DNA of 64,000 nucleotides from an uncultured bacterium (GTDB lineage Bacteria > Bipolaricaulota > Bipolaricaulia > RBG-16-55-9 > DRJF01): assembly GCA_913053845.1 (NCBI GenBank), contig CAJXGD010000002.1:13732-77731 (forward strand), given 5' to 3'. The notes beneath the pieces were generated by a model. The model saw only the letters and a program-made list of their open reading frames with translations, had not been told where the DNA came from and made no database searches. A program made the translations under genes and the position numbers. Of this stretch, positions 1 through 8,263 are shown piece after piece (the stretch's first letter is position 1; every line of letters starts with the position of its first letter).

Positions 1-1407
1 CGCTACCAATGGGACTTCAACGGTGACGGCATCTACGAAGAGAGCAGCGATAAGCCCCAGATCTCGCATAGCTTCGCTACCGGCGGCAGCCGGCGGGTCA
101 CGCTGCAGGTCACAGATAGCAGCGGCCTGCAAGGCCAGAGCTCCCGCACGCTGGAGGTCAGCAGTCTGCGGACCACTGCGACGCGCCGCATCTCTACTCC
201 GGCCGCGGTGCCCGGCTCGACCTTCCGGGTGACGATCGAGCTGACTGTGCTAGCTCCCTCCAACGGGCTGGGTCTGGAAGAGCAGTGGCCTCCCGGCTGG
301 AAGATCGTCGCCGTGCGCAGCGATGGGGCGGCCTTCAAAGAACGCTTGCGCCAATGGGTATTTCCCAGCTTCCTGCCCGCCGGCACCAGCAAGGAGATCA
401 TCTATGACGTAGAGGTGCCCCCGGCCGACCAGCTGCAACTGCGCACCCTCCCGGCGGTGGCCACCGTCTCCGGCAGCCTGACCAGCGTGGCTCCGCGTTA
501 CCGGGTGCCGGTGATGGGGGAGTCCCAAGTCGAGATCAGCTCCTGTCTGGCGGCCTCGGTGGCCGCGGCCCACCTGCGGCTGAGCGATGGCCAGGTGGAC
601 CTGCGCCTGGACAAGCTGATCTCCGCCGAGCAGCTCAAGCGGGTCATCGGGCTATGGCAGAACAACGAGCAACTGCCGCTTAGCTGCGCCGGTGCGCTCA
701 GTCTCAACCCGCTGGTCGAGGTGGTCAGGCGGCAACTGCAAGCCATTCCGGTCGATCGGCCGCTGCCGCTGCCCGCCGCGGACCAGACCAGCCCAGTCCA
801 AGTCAAGCGGGTGATCTTGACCCCGCTGCCCTTCCACCAGCTCTATCCGCTGGTCGAGGGCGGGCGCACCTTCCGCGTAGAGCTGGACGTCAAGGCCGAT
901 CGGGATGTCTATGGCCTGGGCTTGCGCGAGGAGCTGCCCGCAGGCTGGCAACTGCAACTGGTGGCCGCACCGGGGGCAGCCTTCAAGCCCTCGCAGGACG
1001 AATGGCTCTTCCCCGAGGTCATCGCTGCCGGCCAATTCCGTACTCTGGTCTATCAGGTGACCGTGCCGGCCGACCAACCGGTGGGCAGCTCGCTGCTGCG
1101 GGGCATCGCCACCCTCGCCCCTCAAGGGGTGGTGCTCAACCCCATCGGTGGGGACAATCAGGTTGAGCTGGTCACCTGTCTCTCCGTGCCGGTGGCCATC
1201 TCGCACTTGAACACCAAGACGGGCCAGATTGACCTGACGCTGGACAACACCATCCAGATGGACCAGGTGCAGGCGGCGATGAACTTCTGGTTCGATGACG
1301 CCCAGGTGCCGGGCACCTGCGGCACTCAGCTCGATCTGCCCACCTTGCAGCACCTGATTGACCTGGCCGTCTCCGGGGAGCCGATTGACCAACAAAAGAG
1401 CCCCTGA
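1..1407 (+). CDS. PKD-domain surface protein, 3' portion (5' end lies outside window). The PKD domain is followed by two tandem, paralogous ~190-aa repeats.
   Basis: Frame 1 is open from nt 1 with no stops. The first ~60 aa read RYQWDFNGDGIYEESSDKPQISHSFATGGSRRVTLQVTDSSGLQGQSSRTLEV, which is a PKD signature (WDFGDG...Y..TL.V.D..G). Two repeats begin TFRVTIEL.../TFRVELDV... and share GLGL-E-P-GW, VP-ADQ and C-terminal Q-DL-LD blocks. Confidence 0.6.
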   Translation, partial: RYQWDFNGDGIYEESSDKPQISHSFATGGSRRVTLQVTDSSGLQGQSSRTLEVSSLRTTATRRISTPAAVPGSTFRVTIELTVLAPSNGLGLEEQWPPGWKIVAVRSDGAAFKERLRQWVFPSFLPAGTSKEIIYDVEVPPADQLQLRTLPAVATVSGSLTSVAPRYRVPVMGESQVEISSCLAASVAAAHLRLSDGQVDLRLDKLISAEQLKRVIGLWQNNEQLPLSCAGALSLNPLVEVVRRQLQAIPVDRPLPLPAADQTSPVQVKRVILTPLPFHQLYPLVEGGRTFRVELDVKADRDVYGLGLREELPAGWQLQLVAAPGAAFKPSQDEWLFPEVIAAGQFRTLVYQVTVPADQPVGSSLLRGIATLAPQGVVLNPIGGDNQVELVTCLSVPVAISHLNTKTGQIDLTLDNTIQMDQVQAAMNFWFDDAQVPGTCGTQLDLPTLQHLIDLAVSGEPIDQQKSP

Positions 1408-1417
1408 TTAGCGGGAT

Positions 1418-3328
1418 ATGCCGGGCATAGCCACCGAGGGCCTAGCACAGCGCTACGGCGATCGGGTGATCTTCCAGGAGGTCTCCGTGCAACTGGGTGG
1501 GGGCGATCGGGTGGCGCTGGTGGGGGCCAATGGCTGCGGCAAGTCCTCTTTGCTGCGCCTCTTGGTCGGTCTCGATCGCCCCTGGCAGGGTCAAGTGCGC
1601 CAGATTGGTCGGCTGCGCCTGGGCTATCTGCCCCAAGAGCCCAAGCTGCGCAGCCGACTGAGCCTATTTGACGAGATGGCCTCGGTCTTCAGCGAGCTGG
1701 AGCGGCAACAGGCCGAGTTGCAGCAGCTAGAGCGCGAGATGGCCCGGCAGTCTCTCACGCCCGACCCGGAGCTATTGGAGCGTTACGCCCAGTTGCAGAC
1801 ACACTTTGAGCTCTCCGGGGGATATAAGCGCGAGCAGCGCATCGGACAGGTGTTAACCGGCCTGGGCTTCTCGCCGCGCGAGCAACAGCAGCCGGTGGAG
1901 CGCTTGAGCGGGGGACAGTGGGCCCGCGCGGCGCTGGCCCGTCTGTTGCTCTCCGAGCCTGACCTCTTGCTGCTGGATGAGCCGACCAATCATTTGGACA
2001 TCGCGGCGCGTGAGTGGCTGGAAGGCTACCTGGAGAGCCGCCCGGGGGGCTACCTGATCGTCTCGCACGACCGCTATACGCTCGACCGCTTGGCGCAGCG
2101 CATCTGGGCCCTGGAGGGAGGCCGGCTGCGGCAGTATAAGGGCAACTATCACAGCTACGTCCGGCAGCGCTCGTTAGAGCTAGAGCGCCAATGGAAGCTC
2201 TATGAAGAGCAGCAGGCCTTCATCGCCAAGACGCAGGATTTTATTCGGCGCAATCTGGGTAATAAAAAAACCTCCAAGCAGGCCCACGCGCGCGAGAAGG
2301 TCTTGGCGAAGTTGGAGCGGCTCGAGTCGCCGGAGCAGGCGCGCCGGATGCACTTGACCCTGCCCATCAGCCGCAGCAGCGGCGAGGAGGTGCTGCGGGC
2401 GCGCGAGCTGGTGATGGGCTATGGCGACAAGGAGCTGTTTCGCTGTCCGGTCGAGCTGGAGCTGCGCCGGGGCGAGCGGGTGGCACTCATCGGCCCCAAC
2501 GGCGCGGGCAAGACGACCCTGTTAAACGTCCTGCTGGGCCGGCTGCCACCCTTGAGTGGCCAGGTGATCCTGGGCCATCAGGTGGAACCCTGCTACTACC
2601 GCCAAAGCCAATGGGAGGAGGCGGCGCGTGACCAGACCGTTCTGGAGACACTGCTAGCCGAGCGGGAGCAGCCGATCAGCGCCGCGCGGGCCTATTTGGG
2701 CCGGTTTCTATTTTCTGGCGATGCGGTCTACCAGCGCTTGAGACAGCTCTCCGGCGGCGAGCTCAGCCGGCTGGCCTTGGCGCGTTTGGCCCAGTTGGCC
2801 GGTAATCTCCTCCTGCTGGATGAGCCGACCAATCATCTGGACATCGAGTCACGCGAGATCTTGCAGGAGGCCTTGTCCGGCTATCCCGGCACCATCCTGC
2901 TCGTCTCCCATGATCGCTATCTGGTGACCGATCTGGCCACCCAAATTTGGGAGATTCGCTCAGGGCGGCTGCGGGTTTATCAGGGCAATTATGAGTTCTA
3001 CCGCCGCAAGCGCAGCGAGCAGGCCGGTGAGCGGCGGGCTGCGCCGCAGCGCACCGCAAAAGGCGGCTCGCGGGCTGAGGCGCGCGGTCAGGCACGGCGA
3101 CGGCAGCGGGCCCGGGCGCGACTGCAAGCGCGGGAGCAGAAGCTGACCCAGGTCATTGGCGAGCTAGAGGAGAGCATCGCCAAGCTAGAAGAAGCTCTGG
3201 CTCAGGCCAGCCAGGACGGTGACCGGGAGCGTCTGAGCAGGCTCGATCAAGCCTATCAGGCTAAGCGCCAAGAATTAGCGCAGGCTTACGCCGAGTGGGG
3301 CCGCGTGGCCGAAGAATTGAACGCCTAG
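1418..3328 (+). CDS. ABC-F family ATP-binding cassette protein (Uup/EttA-like) with two ABC domains and a basic coiled-coil C-terminal domain
   Basis: Two Walker A motifs (GANGCGKSS and GPNGAGKTT), two ABC signatures (LSGGQ and LSGGE) and two Walker B motifs (LLLLDEPTNHLD twice). No TMD. Arg/Ala-rich linker and C-terminal coiled coil as in Uup. Confidence 0.85.
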   Translation: MPGIATEGLAQRYGDRVIFQEVSVQLGGGDRVALVGANGCGKSSLLRLLVGLDRPWQGQVRQIGRLRLGYLPQEPKLRSRLSLFDEMASVFSELERQQAELQQLEREMARQSLTPDPELLERYAQLQTHFELSGGYKREQRIGQVLTGLGFSPREQQQPVERLSGGQWARAALARLLLSEPDLLLLDEPTNHLDIAAREWLEGYLESRPGGYLIVSHDRYTLDRLAQRIWALEGGRLRQYKGNYHSYVRQRSLELERQWKLYEEQQAFIAKTQDFIRRNLGNKKTSKQAHAREKVLAKLERLESPEQARRMHLTLPISRSSGEEVLRARELVMGYGDKELFRCPVELELRRGERVALIGPNGAGKTTLLNVLLGRLPPLSGQVILGHQVEPCYYRQSQWEEAARDQTVLETLLAEREQPISAARAYLGRFLFSGDAVYQRLRQLSGGELSRLALARLAQLAGNLLLLDEPTNHLDIESREILQEALSGYPGTILLVSHDRYLVTDLATQIWEIRSGRLRVYQGNYEFYRRKRSEQAGERRAAPQRTAKGGSRAEARGQARRRQRARARLQAREQKLTQVIGELEESIAKLEEALAQASQDGDRERLSRLDQAYQAKRQELAQAYAEWGRVAEELNA

Positions 3329-3442
3329 CAAGAGCTGTTTTTCTACGTTATACCTGGTATACACTCTTCCATGAAACCCCCGACAGGCCCGCGTGTAGGT
3401 GTGCTGCATCACCTTCACTGATGCGAAAGAAGGGGGATCAAG

Positions 3443-4294
3443 ATGTTAAATAATTATACCGGCAAAGTATTCAAAGGTCTTCTGATGTTGGCCGTACCTC
3501 TGGCAGCCCTGCTGGCGCTGAGCGCCGTGGAGCTGGGAGGCGCGCGCAGCGGCCTCTCGGCGGACGCCGCCCCGCAGAGCGCTTGTGCCAGCGGCATCCA
3601 AGTGATAGACAGTTTCGCCCTCCCCCGGCTCGATCCTGGCCAAGGCCAGGTGATAGGCTTGGCCGTGGCCCTGCAGGGTGGCGGGACAATCGAAGCGGTC
3701 ACGCCCACGCCCAAGCGGATCATCCCCGGCCAGGGCAACCTACGGACCTATCTCTATAATAGACTGCGCGGCGTCAGCGCGGTGCAGGTTACCAGTTGCG
3801 CTGCTAGCGCCAGCCTACCTGAGGTGCAAAACGCCTACTGGTTGATCGAGCAGGACGGCGAGCGGGTCGCCCAACAAGTGGCCTTGAGCCAGGTGCGCCG
3901 CGAGGTGCGCCAGGGCAACGTGCTCACCTTGCGTCCCAAGCAGACCACCCGCTACGCGGTGCCCTGCGATCTGAGCGATCCTTCCGGCACCGTGCTGGTC
4001 ATCCCCGGCATGGTGGTCACTACCCAGAGCCAGCTCTGCCTCAGCAGCCGCACCGAGTTGACTCGGCTGCAACGCGAGCTGGAGCGGACCAGCCAGGAGC
4101 TCAACTCGCCCTGGGGTCTGCTCTTCAACCGCGAGGGGCTCACCCGGCGTATCGCCCGCTTGAACGGTGAGGTCACTGCGCTCTATCAGCTCTCACCTTA
4201 CAGCGGCACCGTGGCCGGAGTGCAGCGCGATCGGAGTGACGCCCGGCGCTTCTGGGTAGAGATCAACGTGGAAGAGGTACTTAGCATCCCGTAG
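3443..4294 (+). CDS. hypothetical secreted protein (N-terminal signal/TM segment, C-terminal coiled coil)
   Basis: Hydrophobic N-terminus LLMLAVPLAALLALSAV. GGGGGA ribosome-binding site upstream. Followed by a strong hairpin terminator. Confidence 0.5.
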   Translation: MLNNYTGKVFKGLLMLAVPLAALLALSAVELGGARSGLSADAAPQSACASGIQVIDSFALPRLDPGQGQVIGLAVALQGGGTIEAVTPTPKRIIPGQGNLRTYLYNRLRGVSAVQVTSCAASASLPEVQNAYWLIEQDGERVAQQVALSQVRREVRQGNVLTLRPKQTTRYAVPCDLSDPSGTVLVIPGMVVTTQSQLCLSSRTELTRLQRELERTSQELNSPWGLLFNREGLTRRIARLNGEVTALYQLSPYSGTVAGVQRDRSDARRFWVEINVEEVLSIP

Positions 4295-4331
4295 GCAGCG
4301 CCGGCCTAGCCCAAGCGTTGCCTGAGTGAGG

Positions 4332-4372
4332 GGACGGGGACCAGCCCGTCCCCTCGCCGCTTTTCCCCCCGG
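4332..4372 (+). terminator. rho-independent terminator after the 3443-4294 gene
   Basis: Perfect 11-bp stem GAGGGGACGGG-gaccag-CCCGTCCCCTC followed by gccgcTTTTCCCCCC. Confidence 0.6.
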
Positions 4373-4376
4373 TAGG

Positions 4377-4405
4377 CTTGAGCATGAGCGTCCGGCCAAG
4401 TATGA
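4377..4405 (+). promoter_or_regulatory. sigma70-like promoter for the RAM-domain gene
   Basis: TTGAGC, 17-nt spacer, TATGAT. An AAGGAGGAG ribosome-binding site lies 7 nt before the ATG at 4440. Confidence 0.4.
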
Positions 4406-4439
4406 TCTGTTCACCTGATCAATTAAGGAGGAGTTTCCG

Positions 4440-4697
4440 ATGGCGGTCACTGCCTATGTGCTCATCCGTTGCGAGGGCGGAATGCCGGAAGAGGTGGTGC
4501 GCAGGCTGCGCCAGAAAGGGCATGTCAAGCGGGCTAGCACCGTTTTTGGCGACTACGATGCCATCGCCCGGGTGGAGATTGACGAGCTGCCCTCAAGTTT
4601 TTCGGTGCTGACCCTGGAGCGGGTGATATTCGACGAGGTGCAGAGGATCAAAGGGGTGCTCAGCACCAACACCCATATCGTTACCTCATCAGATTAA
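4440..4697 (+). CDS. stand-alone Lrp/AsnC ligand-binding (RAM) domain protein
   Basis: 85 aa. Pattern AYVLIrcEgG..EEVv..L.....V...stVfGDYDaIArVEidEL......l.l.ri..I.GV..T.ThIV matches the C-terminal RAM domain of Lrp/AsnC regulators. Confidence 0.65.
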   Translation: MAVTAYVLIRCEGGMPEEVVRRLRQKGHVKRASTVFGDYDAIARVEIDELPSSFSVLTLERVIFDEVQRIKGVLSTNTHIVTSSD

Positions 4698-4707
4698 ACG
4701 TCCGTAG

Positions 4708-4755
4708 GGGCGAAGCATTCGCCTTAGATTTTTATCCGCGAATGCTTCGCCCTGA
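4708..4755. terminator. bidirectional hairpin terminator between convergent genes
   Basis: GGGCGAAGCATTCG ... CGAATGCTTCGCCC inverted repeat with a T-rich loop (agatttttatcc). Lies between the + gene ending at 4697 and the - gene ending at 4756. Confidence 0.6.
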
Positions 4756-5241
4756 CTAGAAGTAGAAGTAGGCTCCCAGGCCGGCGGTGACGCCGGCCAC
4801 CCCACGGAAGTAGGCTCCCAGCTCGGCGTTGAGCGCCAGGCTGGGCGTCAGCCGGATTTGGATGCCGGTGGCCGCCTGGAAGGGCACCACCAACCCGCCG
4901 TTAAAACCGAAGAAGCTCACCCCGGCGCCGGCATAGAGGTCCACCAGCGGCGTGCGCAGGTACTTGACGAAGGCGCGCAGGGTGAAGCTGGGCGCCCGGT
5001 CCACCACGAAGAAGTCCACCTCAATGCCCAGCAGATCGCTGAGCCAAATCCGAGCGGAGAGCCCCGAAGCCGGGAAGGTGTTGGGCGGACTGGTCGGCGC
5101 GGTGAAGACCAGTCCAACCCCCAGATTACGGCCGGCCGAGGCCGCTGCGCCTGGCGCCGCTTGTGCCGCCCCTATGCCGGCCAGGCCGCCTAAGAGGGCC
5201 AGCGCCAGCAGGATGGCCATTATCGCTTGTCTTGCTCTCAT
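4756..5241 (-). CDS. small outer-membrane beta-barrel-like protein (OmpA/OmpW-like fold prediction) with signal peptide
   Basis: Signal peptide MRARQAIMAILLALALLGGLAGIGAAQA. Alternating hydrophobic/aromatic beta-strand pattern. C-terminal ...GLGAYFYF with terminal Phe, typical of beta-barrel OMP targeting. Confidence 0.5.
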   Translation of the reverse strand: MRARQAIMAILLALALLGGLAGIGAAQAAPGAAASAGRNLGVGLVFTAPTSPPNTFPASGLSARIWLSDLLGIEVDFFVVDRAPSFTLRAFVKYLRTPLVDLYAGAGVSFFGFNGGLVVPFQAATGIQIRLTPSLALNAELGAYFRGVAGVTAGLGAYFYF

Positions 5242-5343
5242 CAGTATGCACTCCTTTCCTCGTCTAGCTGCTGGCTCAGCTTATCCGGCCCGCCGGGCGG
5301 GCGGAAGCACCATCGCCCTTAGAGATGGCCCATTCGGTCAGCT

Positions 5344-7113
5344 ATGGGAGTGATGCTTGTCACATTGCGACCCAGCGTCCCTTGCGCCCTTGGTCGGCGG
5401 CGTGCTATCGTGAGCCGCATCCGGCAGAGGGCGAGAGGAGGAATCATCGGACCGGTCAAGGCTATGTTGGGGGCGGTGGTCGCTTTGGCACTGCTAGGGG
5501 CGCTGGTGGTAGGAGCGCAGCGCGCCGCTTGGGAAGCCGGGACGCGCCACTTGGAGCTGGCCATTGACCTGAGCGATGCCCAGCAACTGGCACTCGAGGC
5601 CAACGAGCCCCTGGAAAGCTTCTTAGCTGCTCTATGGGCGCGCGGGGCCCGCGCCTTGGTCACTGTAGGGACATATCGCGAAGCGCCCCTACTTGGCGCG
5701 CTTGACTTGGCGAAGCTGGCCGAGCTGCGGCAGGCCGGCTGGGCGCTCATCTGGAAGCTGCAACCGCCCGATGGTCGCAACCAGGCTGATTTTATGAGTT
5801 ATCTAGCTCAACTGGCCCGGCTGGCCCCCCAGGCCTATCTGCCCCTGAGCTGGGGGTCTTTTTCTCCGGCCGAGGTGGAGGCGCTGCGCCGCACACTGGA
5901 GCGAACGAATGCCGCTTTGGTCCTGCTGGAGTTTCATGACCAAGCTCCGGCGCGGGCGCTCTACCGGCAGGGCTTCACCCGTTTTGTGCGCGCCCATACG
6001 ATCAGCACGGCCGAGCAGCAGCGATTGGGAGCCCAGGCCAGCTTGGCCCGCTGGCAACGAGCAGTCCGCGAGCGGCGCATTCGGCTGCTCTATCTGCACC
6101 TGCCTGCAGAGCCTCTTACCGCCATATTGGCCCAGCTCGCGGCGCTGAGGCGACAACTGCTGAGCGACGGTTTTCCATTGGGAAGCTTTTCGCCTGACGC
6201 TCCGCCGCAGGTGGCCTGGCCGCTGGTGGCTCTGCTGCTGGCCGGAGCCGGCGCCCTGCTGCTGCTCACGCTGGATGGGCTGCGCAGCCTGCCCCAACCG
6301 GCCCTGATCGGTGGCGGGCTAGGCCTGCTGGGGCTGGGTCTGCTGGGCCTATCTCAGCAAGCTCTGCTGACCCGTCAGGCCGGGGCGTTCATCGCCGCGT
6401 TCAGCGCTCCGCTGGTGAGTTTCATCGCCCTGGACCGACTACTCATCGGGCGTACCGCGGGCGGGCGGGCCGGCCTGCTCTGGGTGGGAGGGCTGGCGCT
6501 GGGCGCGCTGCTGGGCGGCCTGCTCTGCGCCGCCCTCCTCAGTGCGCTGCCCTTCTATCAGGAGCTCTATCTCTTTCGCGGGGTCAAGCTGGCCCTGATC
6601 GGCCCCATGGTGCTCAGCTTGATCTACTACGGGCTGCGCCGCGGTAGGAGCGTAGGACCATACACTTCCAGGCTGCGAGGGCTCTGGCAGCGTCCGGTCC
6701 GCTGGGGCGACTTGATCCTGCTCACCGGCGTTGGCCTGGCGCTGGTCGTCGTCATACTGCGCAGCGGCAATGGCTCTTTCCTGCCGGCCTCCGGTTTGGA
6801 ACAACGGACGCGCGCCCTGCTGGAGTCGCTCTTTTACGCCCGACCGCGCTTCAAGGAGTTCTTGATCGGCTACCCGGCGCTCTTCCTCTGGGCCGCCTGG
6901 GGCGAGCCGCGCTGGGGGTTGGCCGCTTGGCCGCTGCTGGCGCTGGGCCTGCTGGCCCCGGTATCGCTGGTCAATACTTATGAGCATCTGCACGCGCCGC
7001 TGCTGCTCTCACTGGCACGCTCCGGGATCGGCCTGGGCTTGGGGCTGGTCCTGGGTTGGACGCTGTGGCGCGTTGTGCTCCATCTGGAGGCAAGATGGCC
7101 CTTGAGAGAGTAG
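5344..7113 (+). CDS. large polytopic membrane protein, possibly the DUF5693-like partner of CsaB
   Basis: N-terminal anchor plus ~200-aa soluble region, then at least 10 hydrophobic helices (LGLLGLGLLGL, LALGALLGGLLCAALL etc). Translationally overlaps the csaB start. Confidence 0.55.
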   Translation: MGVMLVTLRPSVPCALGRRRAIVSRIRQRARGGIIGPVKAMLGAVVALALLGALVVGAQRAAWEAGTRHLELAIDLSDAQQLALEANEPLESFLAALWARGARALVTVGTYREAPLLGALDLAKLAELRQAGWALIWKLQPPDGRNQADFMSYLAQLARLAPQAYLPLSWGSFSPAEVEALRRTLERTNAALVLLEFHDQAPARALYRQGFTRFVRAHTISTAEQQRLGAQASLARWQRAVRERRIRLLYLHLPAEPLTAILAQLAALRRQLLSDGFPLGSFSPDAPPQVAWPLVALLLAGAGALLLLTLDGLRSLPQPALIGGGLGLLGLGLLGLSQQALLTRQAGAFIAAFSAPLVSFIALDRLLIGRTAGGRAGLLWVGGLALGALLGGLLCAALLSALPFYQELYLFRGVKLALIGPMVLSLIYYGLRRGRSVGPYTSRLRGLWQRPVRWGDLILLTGVGLALVVVILRSGNGSFLPASGLEQRTRALLESLFYARPRFKEFLIGYPALFLWAAWGEPRWGLAAWPLLALGLLAPVSLVNTYEHLHAPLLLSLARSGIGLGLGLVLGWTLWRVVLHLEARWPLRE

Positions 7114-8204
7114 TCATTTCCGGTTACTACGGCTGCGGCAACCTGGGCGATGAGGCCATCTTGACCGCCCTGCTAGCCCGGCTGCGCGCCCGCTGGCCCA
7201 GGCTGGAGCCGCTGGTGCTCTCCGGCGCGCCCCAGGAGACGACCCGCCTGCACGGCGTGCGAGCCATCAATCGCCGCAGCCTGCCGGCGATCGTGCGCGA
7301 ATTGCGCGCAGCTCAGCTATTGATCTCCGGAGGCGGAGGATTGCTGCAGGATCGCACCAGCCGGCGCTCGCCGCTCTACTATCTGGGCATAATCGCTTTG
7401 GCCCAGTGGCTGGACCGGCCGGTCTTCTTTATCGGCCAAGGGGTGGGGCCGCTGCGCCGGCGCTGGTTGCGAACTCTGGCCCAGCGACGGCTCAGGCGGG
7501 TGGCCTACGCCTTGGTGCGCGACGAGGCCAGCTTGCGGCTCTTGCGAAGCTGGGGTTTGCCGCAGGAGCGGCTGGCCCAGGCCGGCGACCTGGCGCTGCT
7601 CTGGCCGAGCGCGAGGGCAGGAGAAACGTTGTCGCCTCTAGTGGAAGCGCCGGGCGAAAAACCGTATGCCATCGCGGCGCTAAAGGGGCCGCTGGCTGAG
7701 CGCCAGGCCGAGCTGATCGCTCCGGAGCTGGACCGGTTGGCCGCCGAGCAGGGGCTACAGATTATCCTGCTGGCTCTGGCAGCGCGAGAGGATTGCCCGG
7801 CCACTGCCCTGGTCGCAGGCCAGATGCAACAGCCTAGCTTGCAGTTGGCCCCGCAACCCGGTGAGCTGGCTGAGACGCTGGAGCTGATTCGGGGAGCGCG
7901 TTGCTTGCTGGGAATGCGCCTGCACTCTTTGATTTTCGCCCTCTTGGCCGGGACACCATTTGCCGCGCTCAGCGAGGATCCCAAGCTGGAGCGCTTCCTG
8001 GCTCAGGTCGAGCGGGCCTCCGGCTTGCAGTTGCCCTGCCGCTCGCCCGGCCAACTGCGTCGTCCGGGGAATCGGCTAGCGGGCAGCTTGGCCCGACTGG
8101 CCTGCGAGCGCGGCGAGATCTCTGCGGCGCTGCAGCGCGGGGCGGCTAAGCTGGCCGCCCGGACCGAAGCGGCCTTGGAGCGTTGCTTTGAGCGCATGAG
8201 CTAG
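7095..8204 (+). CDS. csaB: polysaccharide pyruvyl transferase CsaB
   Basis: VVISGYYGCGNLGDEAIL ... LLISGGGGLLQD motifs characteristic of CsaB/PvgA pyruvyl transferases. GGAGG ribosome-binding site 5 nt before the ATG at 7095. Confidence 0.8.
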   Translation: MALERVVISGYYGCGNLGDEAILTALLARLRARWPRLEPLVLSGAPQETTRLHGVRAINRRSLPAIVRELRAAQLLISGGGGLLQDRTSRRSPLYYLGIIALAQWLDRPVFFIGQGVGPLRRRWLRTLAQRRLRRVAYALVRDEASLRLLRSWGLPQERLAQAGDLALLWPSARAGETLSPLVEAPGEKPYAIAALKGPLAERQAELIAPELDRLAAEQGLQIILLALAAREDCPATALVAGQMQQPSLQLAPQPGELAETLELIRGARCLLGMRLHSLIFALLAGTPFAALSEDPKLERFLAQVERASGLQLPCRSPGQLRRPGNRLAGSLARLACERGEISAALQRGAAKLAARTEAALERCFERMS

Positions 8205-8263
8205 CCAGGAGTCTCAACGAGCCCGTTGCAAAGCCGGGGGTGATTCCCTATGCTCATCTGGCC

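Noticed and set aside
3348-3366. TATACC-T-GGTATA palindrome upstream of the 3443 gene
   Set aside because: It may be an operator. A single occurrence with only 6-bp arms cannot be distinguished from chance.
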